Assembly: GCA_963766065.1 (NCBI GenBank)
Contig: CAVYAC010000104.1
Coordinates: 1,516-65,515 of the forward strand
From: an uncultured Verrucomicrobiae bacterium
Lineage (GTDB): Bacteria; Verrucomicrobiota; Verrucomicrobiia; Palsa-1439
Direction of reading: 5' to 3'
DNA: 64,000 bases
Shown: positions 1 to 10,030 of the stretch, piece by piece
How positions within the stretch are numbered: the first letter of the stretch is position 1
Layout: the number at the start of each line of letters is the position of its first letter
Translations under genes and position numbers: made by a program
The notes under the pieces: model-generated
What the model was told of the DNA's origin: nothing
Database searches by the model: none
Seen by the model: only the letters and a program-made list of their open reading frames with translations

Positions 1-761
1 CGCTCGGCTTCGTCACGCAACAGCCGAAGTTCGTTACGTTGATCCAACTCATCGGCAACACCGTGACCTCGATCATGTATTTTTTTGCGTTGGGCTTGGT
101 CCTGGAGGAATTCGGCGTCAACTTGACCGCCTACCTCGCCAGCGCTTCCATCGTCGGGCTGGCCATCAGCTTTGGCTCGCAGGGCTTGGTTCAAGACATG
201 GTCATCGGCCTGACGCTGATCTTCTCGGACGCAATGGACGTCGGTGACATGGTGGAGGTCGACGGGATTACTATTGTCATCGGTCGCGTCGAGGAAATTG
301 GGTTGCGGTTCACCAAGCTCCTCAATTTCTACAATCAAAAGGTGTTTATCCCCAACCGCACCATTGCCAACGTCAGCCGATTTCCCCACGGCGGCATCTA
401 CGCGTACGCCGACGTCCAGATTCCATCGGGCGCGGCCCCGGAAAAGGCCGCCCAAATCGTCGAGAACGTCGCCAAGGGAATGTGGAGGCAATTCGGCGCG
501 ATCATTTTAAGCGAGCCGATGATTGGAGGGGTCGAAACGGCGGCGGGCGGCGGCTGGGATTTTATCCGCGTTCAATTCAAAATCTGGCCCGGGCAAGGCA
601 CCTTGATCGAAACGACATTCCGCCAACAAATGGTCAGCGCCATGAAAACTTTCCACGCAAACTACGCCGACTGGCAGGTCCCCGTGACCTATCGCGCCAT
701 GACCGCTTCCAAAACCGTCAGGCCGCCTCCCGAACCAACCCCGGAAAAACCGGCGAATTAG
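1..761 (+). CDS. Mechanosensitive ion channel (MscS family), 5'-partial at window edge
   Basis: Frame open from position 3. TM3-like stretch ASASIVGLAISFGSQGLVQDMVIGLTLIF followed by beta-domain GDMVEVDG..G.VEEIGLRFTKL is typical of MscS. Confidence 0.85.
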   Translation, partial: LGFVTQQPKFVTLIQLIGNTVTSIMYFFALGLVLEEFGVNLTAYLASASIVGLAISFGSQGLVQDMVIGLTLIFSDAMDVGDMVEVDGITIVIGRVEEIGLRFTKLLNFYNQKVFIPNRTIANVSRFPHGGIYAYADVQIPSGAAPEKAAQIVENVAKGMWRQFGAIILSEPMIGGVETAAGGGWDFIRVQFKIWPGQGTLIETTFRQQMVSAMKTFHANYADWQVPVTYRAMTASKTVRPPPEPTPEKPAN

Positions 762-1004
762 CGTCGTTCTCAATCAACTGTTCGCAGGCTCGAATCCGTA
801 TGACCCACCAATCCGGCCGTTCTTTCAGCCCACGGAGCGCGACGGTCAGCCCGCAGCCGTCGCTTGAATCGAGTGCACCCTGTGGATCATCACGCCCAAG
901 CGCCTTCACGGCGAGCCGCACCTTTTACCGGCGACTGTGCGGCCTGGCTTTGCCCCGGGAGGGGCCGGCGGTCAAGTCACGCTCCACCGCCTCATAGCGA
1001 TCGA

Positions 1005-2240
1005 TCACCTGACGCACGAAATGGCGCTTCTCGCTATACGTCCGGGGAAGAAGCTGCCTTTGAAACCGGCGATGACCACGTTGCGCAGTTCGCGCGGGGT
1101 CATTTTCAGCTTGTCGATGGCAATGAGAAGTTCCTTGGTCACGCTCGTGTTCGACATCAGCCGGTTGTCGGTACAGATCGAAACGGACAACTCGTGGTCG
1201 AGCATCTGGCGCAGCGGATGGCGCGAGAGGTCCCGCATCCGCGGCAGCGTCTGCGCATTGCTGGTGAGGCAGACTTCCATGGTGATCCGCTGGCTGGCCA
1301 CGTACTCGGCCAGATACTGGCTGTAGGCTTTCGGGTCGGGGATGTTCGGGTTGTGGATCATCTCGTGCGCGAACAGCCACGTCCCGTGCCCGATGCGATT
1401 GGCGTAACATTTCGTGATCGCCTGGAATATGGACTCGGGCCCGTAGGCTTCGCCCGCATGCACCGTCTTGCGGATGAAGTGGGAGTGCGCGTACTGATAC
1501 GCCGCGCTGTGGTCTTCGGCGGGATACCCCGCTTCGGCACCGGCCAGGTCGAAGCCGACAACCGGCAACCCCTTGTTGTGCGCCAGATCCACCGCCGCCC
1601 GCGCCAACTCCATCGACGCCGCCGCGAACACCTGTTTCGGTGCCGCGTATGACATGACCTCAAACAACCGCCGATAGTACGGCGACATCGGCGGCACGAA
1701 AAACCGCAGTGCGCAGGCGATGATGCCAAAGTGAAACGGCACGTCCGCGCCCGAGACAACCGCCCGCGATTGATTATGGCGCCGGCGCGCACGCTCCAGT
1801 CCGCGACAGACGGCGCTGACCACCTCTTCCATGTTCAGCCGGTCGTTGACGTGCAATTGGGGCGCAAACCGCACCTCGATGTAGCGGACGCCCTCCGCGA
1901 GATTGTCCTCGGCCAATTCAAAGGCAATACGTTCCAGGCTCTCGGCGGTTTGCATCACCGCGCACGTGTAGGCGAATCCCTTCAGGTAATCGGGCAGGCT
2001 CGCGTACTTGTCCTTGAATACCAGCCGCCGCAATCCCTCCTCGCTGTACGACGTCAGCTTGACGCGATGCTCCTTGGCCAACTCAATCAGCGTCGGGATC
2101 CGCAATGAACCGTCCAGATGCAAATGCAGGTCGGTCTTGGGAATGGCGCACACAAACGCGGGCGAGATCGTCTTATTCACGGAAACACCTCCGGTCGTTC
2201 CAGACGGGCGGGCACGTTGGCATGGATTCGTTTTGTTCAT
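1005..2240 (-). CDS. add: Adenosine deaminase
   Basis: Motifs PKTDLHLHLDGS, HAGE, MEVCLTSN, SICTDN are metal ligands of the adenosine/AMP deaminase fold. True start may lie downstream of 2240. Confidence 0.9.
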   Translation of the reverse strand: MNKTNPCQRARPSGTTGGVSVNKTISPAFVCAIPKTDLHLHLDGSLRIPTLIELAKEHRVKLTSYSEEGLRRLVFKDKYASLPDYLKGFAYTCAVMQTAESLERIAFELAEDNLAEGVRYIEVRFAPQLHVNDRLNMEEVVSAVCRGLERARRRHNQSRAVVSGADVPFHFGIIACALRFFVPPMSPYYRRLFEVMSYAAPKQVFAAASMELARAAVDLAHNKGLPVVGFDLAGAEAGYPAEDHSAAYQYAHSHFIRKTVHAGEAYGPESIFQAITKCYANRIGHGTWLFAHEMIHNPNIPDPKAYSQYLAEYVASQRITMEVCLTSNAQTLPRMRDLSRHPLRQMLDHELSVSICTDNRLMSNTSVTKELLIAIDKLKMTPRELRNVVIAGFKGSFFPGRIARSAISCVR

Positions 2241-2249
2241 TCGCTTCTC

Positions 2250-3926
2250 TCAGTAGTGAAAGCTGCTGTGGCCGATGAATTCACACAGAATCGACGTCGG
2301 CGGCACGAGATGATCGGGGACGCTCAGGAAACTGGACAGGAATTCCTGCAGGCGCCGCGTCTCCGCGTATTGCGGGTGGTGCGGTTTGACCTCGGCCAGC
2401 AGCGGTTCGACCAGCGGTTTGAGCACCGCCAGTTCGTAGTCGAGGGCCGAGTTGAACGCGATATCGGCCGCTTGTTGGTATGGAAAGATCCAGGTCTTCT
2501 CGCCCTGGCGCACGCTCGGCCACATGCCCAGCGTCTTCAGCGCCGAATTGCCCCGGTAGTTGTTGTCGCGCACCAGCCGCCGGACCAGCCGGTTGTCCGT
2601 CGTCGAGATCCGGTTGTTCGAATCGAGGTTCAACTGGGTCAGCGCGCTGATGTAAATCCGCAATTTGTGCGCGGGCGGCACCGATTGCGTGAGCCGCGGA
2701 TTCAGGCCGTGAATGCCCTCGACGAGGACGATTTGGCCGGGCTCGATCCGCAGTTTTTCGCCGCGATACTCGCGGCAGCCCTTTTCGAAATTGAACGTGG
2801 GCAGGTCCACCTCTTCCCCTTTGTCCAACCGCAGCAGGTGGTCGTTGAACAGGGGCAGATCCACCGTATCGATGCTCTCGAAATCGGGTTCGCCGTTTTT
2901 GTCCCGGGGTGTTTGCTCGCGGCTGACGAAGTAATTGTCCACGGAAATGGTCACGGGCCGCAGACCGTCCACGCGCAATTGCACGGCCAGCCGCTTGGCA
3001 AACGTGGTCTTGCCCGAGGACGACGGCCCGGCGATCAGGCACCACTTGATCTGGTTCCGGTGCTGGTGAATGTGGTCGGCAATCTGCGCGATCTTTTTTT
3101 CGTGGAACGCCTCGGCGATCTTGATGAAATCGCCGATCTCCCGCTTCGCAATGATCTCGTTCAGCCGACCCACCGTGTTGACGCCGAGAACGCGGCCCCA
3201 CTCCTTATGCTCCTGAAAAATCTGGAACAATTGCGGTTGGGGCTCGAACGGTGGCAGCGTTTTCGGATTCGCCTGCTCGGGAATCTGCAGCACAAAACCG
3301 GGCGGGTACAGTATCAACTTGAACAGCGCCAGCGCTCCGGTCCCCGAGGCCAGCGGGCCGTGCGAGAGATCGGAAAAATTCTCGCACCACCAGGTGGCGA
3401 TCTTGGGCGGATTGCGGAAACGCAGCAGGTTGTATTTGTCCCACTGTTTCTCCTGTTCAAATCGTTGAACTGCCTCGGTGAACGCGATCTTGCGCATCTC
3501 GATGGGGACGTTGCGCTCGACGATGGCCCGCATTTTCTGGTCGATGCTCCGCAATTGCTCCTCGCAGATGCCCGACTTGCTGTCCATCTCGAAACTGCAG
3601 AAAAAGCCCGCGCCGAGCGAGTGCTCCACCGCAAAATGAGCGTCCGGGAACAATTCTTTGACCGTCTTTGCCAGCAGAAACCAAACCGAGCGGCGGTAGA
3701 TTTGGAAACCGTGCGGGTCGCCCCGCGTCAGCAGTGTGACCTGGCTGTCAACATCGAGCGGATAGGTGAGCGAAACCGCATCGTTGTTGACCAGTGCGCC
3801 CACGTAGTCGAGCCCGTCCGGCGATTGGCGTTGGGGGAGAATATCGCGTACGGTCGTCCGGGTGGGGCACGGAAGCCGTTCCCCATTACCCAGCGTGACC
3901 GTAATGGTGTTGAGATTAGTGTTCAT
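2250..3926 (-). CDS. Uridine kinase-like nucleoside kinase with N-terminal TGS domain
   Basis: P-loop GPSSSGKTTFAKRL and a PRK/uridine-kinase core. N-terminus ITVTLGNGERL is TGS-like. Start taken at ATG MNTNLNT (3926); the ORF track extends to 4040. Confidence 0.8.
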   Translation of the reverse strand: MNTNLNTITVTLGNGERLPCPTRTTVRDILPQRQSPDGLDYVGALVNNDAVSLTYPLDVDSQVTLLTRGDPHGFQIYRRSVWFLLAKTVKELFPDAHFAVEHSLGAGFFCSFEMDSKSGICEEQLRSIDQKMRAIVERNVPIEMRKIAFTEAVQRFEQEKQWDKYNLLRFRNPPKIATWWCENFSDLSHGPLASGTGALALFKLILYPPGFVLQIPEQANPKTLPPFEPQPQLFQIFQEHKEWGRVLGVNTVGRLNEIIAKREIGDFIKIAEAFHEKKIAQIADHIHQHRNQIKWCLIAGPSSSGKTTFAKRLAVQLRVDGLRPVTISVDNYFVSREQTPRDKNGEPDFESIDTVDLPLFNDHLLRLDKGEEVDLPTFNFEKGCREYRGEKLRIEPGQIVLVEGIHGLNPRLTQSVPPAHKLRIYISALTQLNLDSNNRISTTDNRLVRRLVRDNNYRGNSALKTLGMWPSVRQGEKTWIFPYQQAADIAFNSALDYELAVLKPLVEPLLAEVKPHHPQYAETRRLQEFLSSFLSVPDHLVPPTSILCEFIGHSSFHY

Positions 3927-4129
3927 CCCGTGCCTTCGTGGCCCGCAAGGAAATTTCTTGACCGCTGAGCATGCATGGTTATTCCAAGTCTTGGGGGAAA
4001 CCGTCCCTCTTCTGTCCAATATCCTCCTGTTCTTATACACAATTTTTCATTGACGAGAAATATCTTTTTATCGGGCCATTCGTCAGCCCGGTTTTGCCTT
4101 TCTCCCATGAATCATGGATTGTCCACACC

Positions 4130-5056
4130 ATGTGGCTATTGCTAAGCATCGCCGTTTTGCTGCTGATCATCATCTCTTACCCGTTTTGGGGTTGGGTCAG
4201 CTACGTGATGCGGCAACGCCGGCGCGAAGGCAAATTCAGCACTGGCCATCCCCGGCACAAGCCCACCCCACAACAATGGCGTGAGAACCAGACGACCATC
4301 GCCTGGCTCGGCCATGCAACTCTTCTGATCAATCTGCACGGCAAAACCATCCTCACCGATCCAGTGTTCAGCCCGAGCGTGGGGATCCATTTACCCTTCG
4401 GCATAAACCTCGGCCCGCGACGGCTCGTCCATTGCGCGCTCCGTCCCGATGAACTCCCGCCGCTGGATCTTATCGTGCAATCACACGCGCACATGGACCA
4501 TCTCGACGTGCGGAGCTGGCAACAGCTTCGGCCCGGGCCCGCCGTCGTGATGGCCGCCCGCAACGAGCGCTACATTCGTCCGCTCGGTTTCGCGCCTGTC
4601 ACCGAATTGCATTGGGGCCAATCCGTCGAAGCGGCGGACGTGATGGTCAGCGCCCTGGAAGTCAGGCACTGGGGAGAGCGCTACCCTTGGAGCCGCGGAC
4701 TGGGCTACAACGCCTACCTGCTCGAACGCCACGGAACGACGATCCTCTTCGGTGGCGATACCGCGTACACGGACTCACTTCGTCAGGCTTGTGACGGACG
4801 CAAGATCCACATCGCGGTCCTGCCCATCGGAGGGTACCGGCCGTACATACACATGCATGCCTCTCCCGAACAAGCCTGGCAGATGTCTTGCGAGTTGGGC
4901 GCGGATTATCTGGTGCCAATCCACCACCAGACCTTCATTCTTTCCTACGAACCGCCCGAGGAGCCGCTGAAACGGTTGCTCGCCGCCGCAGGCGACAGGG
5001 TTGACCGCATTGTGATCCGTGAGATTGGTGAAACTTTCGTACTGCCGGTGGCCTGA
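4130..5056 (+). CDS. MBL-fold metallo-hydrolase, membrane-anchored
   Basis: HAHMDHLD motif with an N-terminal TM segment MWLLLSIAVLLLIIISYPFWGW. Start chosen at the ATG before the TM segment. Confidence 0.8.
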   Translation: MWLLLSIAVLLLIIISYPFWGWVSYVMRQRRREGKFSTGHPRHKPTPQQWRENQTTIAWLGHATLLINLHGKTILTDPVFSPSVGIHLPFGINLGPRRLVHCALRPDELPPLDLIVQSHAHMDHLDVRSWQQLRPGPAVVMAARNERYIRPLGFAPVTELHWGQSVEAADVMVSALEVRHWGERYPWSRGLGYNAYLLERHGTTILFGGDTAYTDSLRQACDGRKIHIAVLPIGGYRPYIHMHASPEQAWQMSCELGADYLVPIHHQTFILSYEPPEEPLKRLLAAAGDRVDRIVIREIGETFVLPVA

Positions 5057-5105
5057 TCCCCTTCGGCGATACTTGTCGGCACCCCCGGGAGCAAACGTGG
5101 GCAGT

Positions 5106-5483
5106 TCACATCAGGTACCGGGCGTTGAATGCAGCCACGATGACTGAGACGACGCCAATCGAAACAAAAAACATCCGCTCCCCAAGCGCCGTTTCCACCG
5201 GATAACCGGAAGAACGGTCACAAAAGACGCGCGTGGCGAGTTGACAACCGAGGAAGATGGCCGGGGTTGTGATCAGCGCTTCATACGTGATCAGGCCCGC
5301 GTGAGGTCCCAGCGTGTGAAACACGTGCGTGGCCAGCGGCTCACGTTCCACCGCGCGCCCCTGACCGAGCGCGACCCAGGTCGTGGCAAAATCCAGCGCC
5401 CGACCGAGTGCGCACACGGCAACCGCGCCGGTTATTCCCCCAAACCGCGCAACCCACCGCCCCAAATTCGTCTTCGCCCCCAT
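5106..5483 (-). CDS. Small integral membrane protein (hypothetical)
   Basis: 125 aa ORF with about four hydrophobic segments. No recognisable catalytic motif. Confidence 0.5.
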   Translation of the reverse strand: MGAKTNLGRWVARFGGITGAVAVCALGRALDFATTWVALGQGRAVEREPLATHVFHTLGPHAGLITYEALITTPAIFLGCQLATRVFCDRSSGYPVETALGERMFFVSIGVVSVIVAAFNARYLM

Positions 5484-5566
5484 ACCATACCCTTCCCCCC
5501 TCGTATATATTCACCGACTTCAGACTTCGCGCAAGTCCCCCGGCGCTTCGCAAGATTCAGTGGCCG

Positions 5567-6130
5567 CTAGTTGCCTGCACGAAGGAAGGTCACGGCCTGT
5601 TTTCCACCGTCGGCCGGTGACGGCACGTCAACAGTGAAATGCTTCGTCTCTGCATCGAGATCGAAACTCGGCGGTGCGAAATTCTTCTCGCCGTAGCTGA
5701 ACCCGTGCAGCCCGGCGGGCAATCCACCAAACGCCGGGAACACCACGTTCGTCACATTCGCCCCGGCGGGCGCGTCCACCGAGAACAGCACCGCGGGCCG
5801 GTCGTTGTAACGACGGATGCTTCCTGCGAACTGTCCTCGCCAGTGGAATTTCACCTCTTGATACGCGCCGATGGCATCCTGACCGGATGAGTTGGTGATC
5901 CCTTGAATCGGGTAGCCCGTGCTCCCACGGAACGTCCATCCCTGCGCGCGGCCCCGAATGTGGTACTCCCCGTTCGTCTCCACCTGAACACTGATGCCAC
6001 CCCGCGACTCCGGCAACGCCACCATCGCCCGGCATTCGCCCGCGATGAGCGCTGCCGCCAGAACCGCCAGACCGACTACGAAACTCCGTTGGTCATTCCG
6101 CATGAATTCGTTCCTTTCCCCTCGCCGCAA
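5567..6130 (-). CDS. Secreted hypothetical protein
   Basis: Signal-peptide-like FVVGLAVLAAALIAGECRA. Transcribed divergently from nikR. Confidence 0.5.
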   Translation of the reverse strand: MRRGERNEFMRNDQRSFVVGLAVLAAALIAGECRAMVALPESRGGISVQVETNGEYHIRGRAQGWTFRGSTGYPIQGITNSSGQDAIGAYQEVKFHWRGQFAGSIRRYNDRPAVLFSVDAPAGANVTNVVFPAFGGLPAGLHGFSYGEKNFAPPSFDLDAETKHFTVDVPSPADGGKQAVTFLRAGN

Positions 6131-6232
6131 ACCTGCGCCAGTCTACCGACAACTCCGCACCAATATCAAGCGGTTCGCGATTCTTTCGCGATTCTTATGC
6201 CGACATTTCTTCGCTTGACACATCCGGAGTGA

Positions 6233-6259
6233 GTATTACGATTATAAAAATCGTAACAC
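6233..6259. promoter_or_regulatory. Inverted repeat TTACGATT-ATAAA-AATCGTAA over a putative nikR promoter (candidate operator)
   Basis: Perfect 8-nt arms at 6236-6243 and 6249-6256, ending 5 nt before the nikR ATG. TTGACA (6215-6220)-N16-TACGAT lies immediately upstream and overlaps it. Confidence 0.4.
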
Positions 6260-6260
6260 T

Positions 6261-6683
6261 ATGGAAACCGTCTCTCGATTCAGCATCTCTCTCGACAAAC
6301 AATTGCTGCGCGAACTCGACCGCATGTGCCGCGAGAAGGGGTACAACAACCGGTCGCTGGCAATCGCCGACATGGTCCGCGCCCACCTCATCGAACACCG
6401 GGAGCAACTCGGCCGCGGCGAGATTGCCGGCAGCATTACCCTTGTCTACGATCATCACAAGCATCACCTGCAGGAATTACTCACGGACCTGCAGCACGAA
6501 CATCGGGACGTCATCATTTCCGCGCTCCACTGCCATCTGGATCATGACAACTGTTTGGAAGTCCTCGCTGTCCGTGGCAAAGCCGCCGACATTCGGAAGT
6601 TGGCCGACGAACTGATTGCCGCCAAGGGCGTGAAACATGGCAAACTCACGATTACCACTACGGGAAAGGACCTACCGGGATGA
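6261..6683 (+). CDS. nikR: Nickel-responsive transcriptional regulator NikR
   Basis: N-terminal ribbon-helix-helix (RFSISLDKQLLRELD) and C-terminal metal-binding domain with H...HHKHH...HCHLDHDNCLEV. Confidence 0.9.
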   Translation: METVSRFSISLDKQLLRELDRMCREKGYNNRSLAIADMVRAHLIEHREQLGRGEIAGSITLVYDHHKHHLQELLTDLQHEHRDVIISALHCHLDHDNCLEVLAVRGKAADIRKLADELIAAKGVKHGKLTITTTGKDLPG

Positions 6684-8918
6684 CCGACGCACAGGCGTTG
6701 GCCGAGATGGCTGGGAACATTCCAAGGACGCAATCGAGACAGCCCATGGTCGTCATGCTGGTAGTCGGTCTCTCCGCCGGACTGATGCTCCTGCCGACGG
6801 CATCCGCCCAGACAAACGGTGCCACGGCGTCCGCCACGTCAACCTCGCAGGTCGTCCGTCTGCCGGAGGTCGTGGTCACGGGGCGCGCCGACAGTCTGGT
6901 TGGAGTTGCCGACTCTGCTTCGCAGGGCGCGACGGGCCAGGCGCAACTGGAAGACCGCCCAATTCTGCGCAGCGGCGAAATCCTTGAAACCGTCCCCGGC
7001 GTCATCATCACCCAGCATGCCGGCGGCGGGAAGGCGAACCAGTATTTCCTGCGTGGGTTCAATCTGGATCACGGCACGGATTTCGCGGTGTTCCTCGACG
7101 ATATGCCGCTCAACCTGCCGTCGCATGCGCACGGCGAAGGTTATTCCGACATGAACACCGTCATCCCGGAAGCTTGTCGAGCGGGTGGATTACGAGAAGG
7201 GTCCGTATTACGCGGACGTTGGCAATTACGGTTCAGCCGGATCGGCGCACCTGGTGTTTTACAAGGTGCTGCCACAGGATTTCGTCACAATCGAAGGCGG
7301 CATGTATGGCTACGAGCGCGGCGTCGGGGGCTTCTCGCAAAAACTGGGCGAAGGCAATCTGCTCTACGGGGGCGAAGTGTATCACGATGACGGCCCATGG
7401 GTGCATCCCGATGACTATTCGAAATTCAACGGACTTCTGACCTACAGCGGAGGCGATGCGGTCAACGGTTACAGCGTCACGGCCCGGGGTTATCACGGCA
7501 AATGGAATTCGAGCGATCAGATTCCGGATAGCACCGTGCCCGAGGTCGGCTTCTTCGGCGCCATCAACCCCACCGACGGCGGGAATTCGCAACGGTACAG
7601 CCTGCAAGGCGAATGGCACACCGGGGACGGAAATTCCGAGACGAAGATCACGACCTACGGATTCTATTACGATCTCGATTTGTTTTCCGACTTCACCTAC
7701 TTCCTCACCGACCCCGCTCTCGGCGATCAGTTCGAGCAACAGGACAAGCGAGAAGTGGCTGGCCTGGACGCCCGTCACACCACCTTTAGCCAATGGCGGG
7801 GCCGCGAGGTGGAGAATACCTTCGGGTTGCAGGCTCGCAACGACTGGATCGACAACGGGCTGTACCAAACGGAAGACCGGGTGCGCGTGGACAAGACGGA
7901 CAGCCAAAACGGCGGCAGTGTTCTGCCCGCCACCACGGAAGCGGACGATTTCACCGACACACAAGCCGGTTTCTGGCTGGAAAACAAGGTTCAGTGGAAC
8001 GACAAATTCCGTTCCGTGGCGGCCATTCGCGGCGATATCCAATATTTCGATGTCACCTGTCTCAACAATCCGGTCAACTCGGGCACCGCGTTCAGTGCGT
8101 TGCCCAGCCCCAAGCTGAGTTTGATTTTCGGTCCGTGGGCCAAAACGGAATATTACGTGCAGGGTGGGTTTGATTTCCACAGCAATGACGGACGCGGCGC
8201 AACACAAACCGTGGAACCGATTTCTGCGGACAATCCCAATCCCGACACACCGAGCCAGAGAATTTCTGGTCTGGTCCAAACCAAAGGTGGAGAAATCGGC
8301 GCGCGCACGCTGATCGTGCCGCATACGCAGAGCACTCTTTCGTTGTGGTATCTGTACAGCGATTCCGAACTCCAACAGGATGGCGACACCGGCAGCACCG
8401 TCGCTTCCAAAAGTCCAAGCAACCGCTACGGAGTCGAGTTGTCAAATTATTACAAGCCGACGCCGTACCTGGCGTTTGACGTTGACTACGCCAATTCCAT
8501 CGCCAGGTTCGTGAGATTGGATACCACGGACGTCAGCACCGCCACCAGCAAGGGTGGCTATTACGTGCCGGAAGCCGTCGGAAGTGTGGTGTCAGCGGGA
8601 ATTACACTGCATGAACTGGACCGTATCTCGTCCAGCTTGCGTCTGCGTTATTTCGGCCCGCGCAATCTGACTGCCGACGGACAGTACAAATCCAGTGAAA
8701 CGATCCTGCTCAACTGGGAAGGCAGCTATCAGATCAACAAGACCTGGCGCATTTCTGCCGAAGTATTAAACCTGCTTGACCGCCGCGACCATGACATCGA
8801 CTACGCCTACACCTATCGCCAGTCGCCCACGGCCTTACCGGCCACCGGGCAGTTTGGGGATGTGTTCCATCCCGTTGAGCCGATTCAAGCCCGCGTAGGT
8901 CTGATGGCGCAATTTTGA
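6680..8918 (+). pseudogene. TonB-dependent outer-membrane receptor, frameshifted near 7170 (or assembly error)
   Basis: Plug motifs VVVTG, ILETVPGV and FLRGF lie in frame 2. The barrel continues in frame 0 as LVERVDYEKGPYY and runs to the terminal F. The start overlaps the nikR stop (ATGA). Confidence 0.85.
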
Positions 8919-8984
8919 TTATCATCGCACGATGCGTTGCCCTTGACTTTCCGAGGTGGCGCTGGCAAATTCGCGCAAGGTATC

Positions 8985-9272
8985 ATGACGCGGCGTGGCG
9001 TAACGTAGGTCGTTTCCCTCCTGTACCTGAGCGTCGCGCTCTATTTCGGTGTCGTCCATCACCACGAGGACAAATGCGGTCTGAACGAACTCGACCACTG
9101 CGGCGCCTGCCAATGGGCCATGGCGGTTACATCCGACGTGCCGGTCGTGGTTATTGTCCTTCTCGTGGCGCTGATGTTGGTGGAGGCGCAACCGCACGTT
9201 GAACATTTTCATCTGCTCGCCATTTTTGCCGCAGCCACCGCCAGCCGCGCTCCTCCTGCCTCCCCGGCATAA
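8985..9272 (+). pseudogene. Small His/Cys-rich membrane ORF (DUF2946-like?) with in-frame TAG at 9006
   Basis: Hand translation gives MTRRGVT*VVSLLYLSVALYFGVVHHHEDKCGLNELDHCGACQWA...ATASRAPPASPA. It has the same C-terminal RAPPASPA as ORF 10031..10333. Confidence 0.35.
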
Positions 9273-9355
9273 TCCAGGCATCCACATCGCCCCGCGCGAA
9301 TCAAGCGGGTGCGCACGCTCGCCATTGGCACTCCCGGACGAGTTGCGTCCGACTT
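9243..9355 (+). repeat. Conserved ~113-nt element, copy A, spanning the small-ORF stop codon
   Basis: Aligns by hand to 10304-10416. The last ~27 nt of the ORF are near-identical, and about three quarters of the ~85 nt after the TAA also match. Confidence 0.6.
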
Positions 9356-9445
9356 GCGGAAACGAGCGCGTGGGACGGAGGAATTGGTCAGAGATTGCCA
9401 CTTCAGAATTGCCTGCGGCAAATCCGGGGCGTATAGAAAACCACC

Positions 9446-9955
9446 ATGACCCGACATGGCCAATCGAGCTCGCGCAGATCTCACCAGACCGCCCTGTCGG
9501 CGTTGCGCAGCGGCGGGCTACGAGTGACGGGACCCCGAAGCTTGGTGCTCGACTTATTAATCCGGAACCACGGGCCATTTACGATTGACGAGATCCGCCA
9601 ACACCTCCATCGCAAGACGTGTGATCGGGTGACGATTTACCGATGCATTGCCGCCTTTGAAAAACTCGATCTGATCCGGCGTTGTGATTTTGGTGACGAT
9701 AAATGGCGCTACGAGTACGTTGACGACAAGCACCATCATCACCTCATTTGCAAGAAGTGTTGACGAGTGGAAAGCATCGATGACTGCATTGTTGACAGAC
9801 TCAGCAAGGTCGTGGCCGCACGGGGCTACACGGATATCAGCCATAATTTGGAATTCTTCGGCGTCTGTCCCGCTTGCCAGAAGCGGCGGCCCTTCCGCCG
9901 CCGGAAGCAACGCAGCCGGACCTCGCCAGCGGCGCCGGGTGCCCTTGGTTTGTGA
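9446..9955 (+). pseudogene. Fur-family metalloregulator interrupted by in-frame TGA at 9761-9763
   Basis: TIYRCIAAFEKLDLI (winged helix), HHHHLICKKC-[TGA]-RVESIDDC...GVCPAC. The stop sits where Fur proteins carry the Gly of CxxCG. ORFs 9446..9763 and 9767..9955 are in the same frame. Confidence 0.8.
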
Positions 9956-9999
9956 TGCCAAAAAAAGGGTTGCATTCGGCGCGCGTGTTCGTTTATAAA

Positions 10000-10014
10000 T
10001 GCAATATAGTTGCA
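10000..10014. promoter_or_regulatory. Palindrome TGCAA-TATAG-TTGCA upstream of the second small ORF
   Basis: 5-nt arms with a TATAGT (-10-like) core, 17 nt upstream of the 10031 start. A further TTGCATT...AATGCAA inverted pair flanks it. Confidence 0.3.
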
Positions 10015-10030
10015 ATAAGGAATTCGCGGT

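Noticed and set aside
2118-3968. Long antisense or overlapping ORFs offered by the ORF track. Examples are 2118..3968, 7233..8375, 10552..11538, 13811..14908, the 5' 355 codons of 19207..21819, 20134..20985, 40188..41123, 41232..42548, 57261..57893 and 61505..62623.
   Set aside because: Each lies opposite or overlapping a gene with clear family motifs. They have Arg/Ala/Gly/Pro-rich low-complexity translations typical of shadow ORFs in high-GC DNA, with no recognisable motifs.
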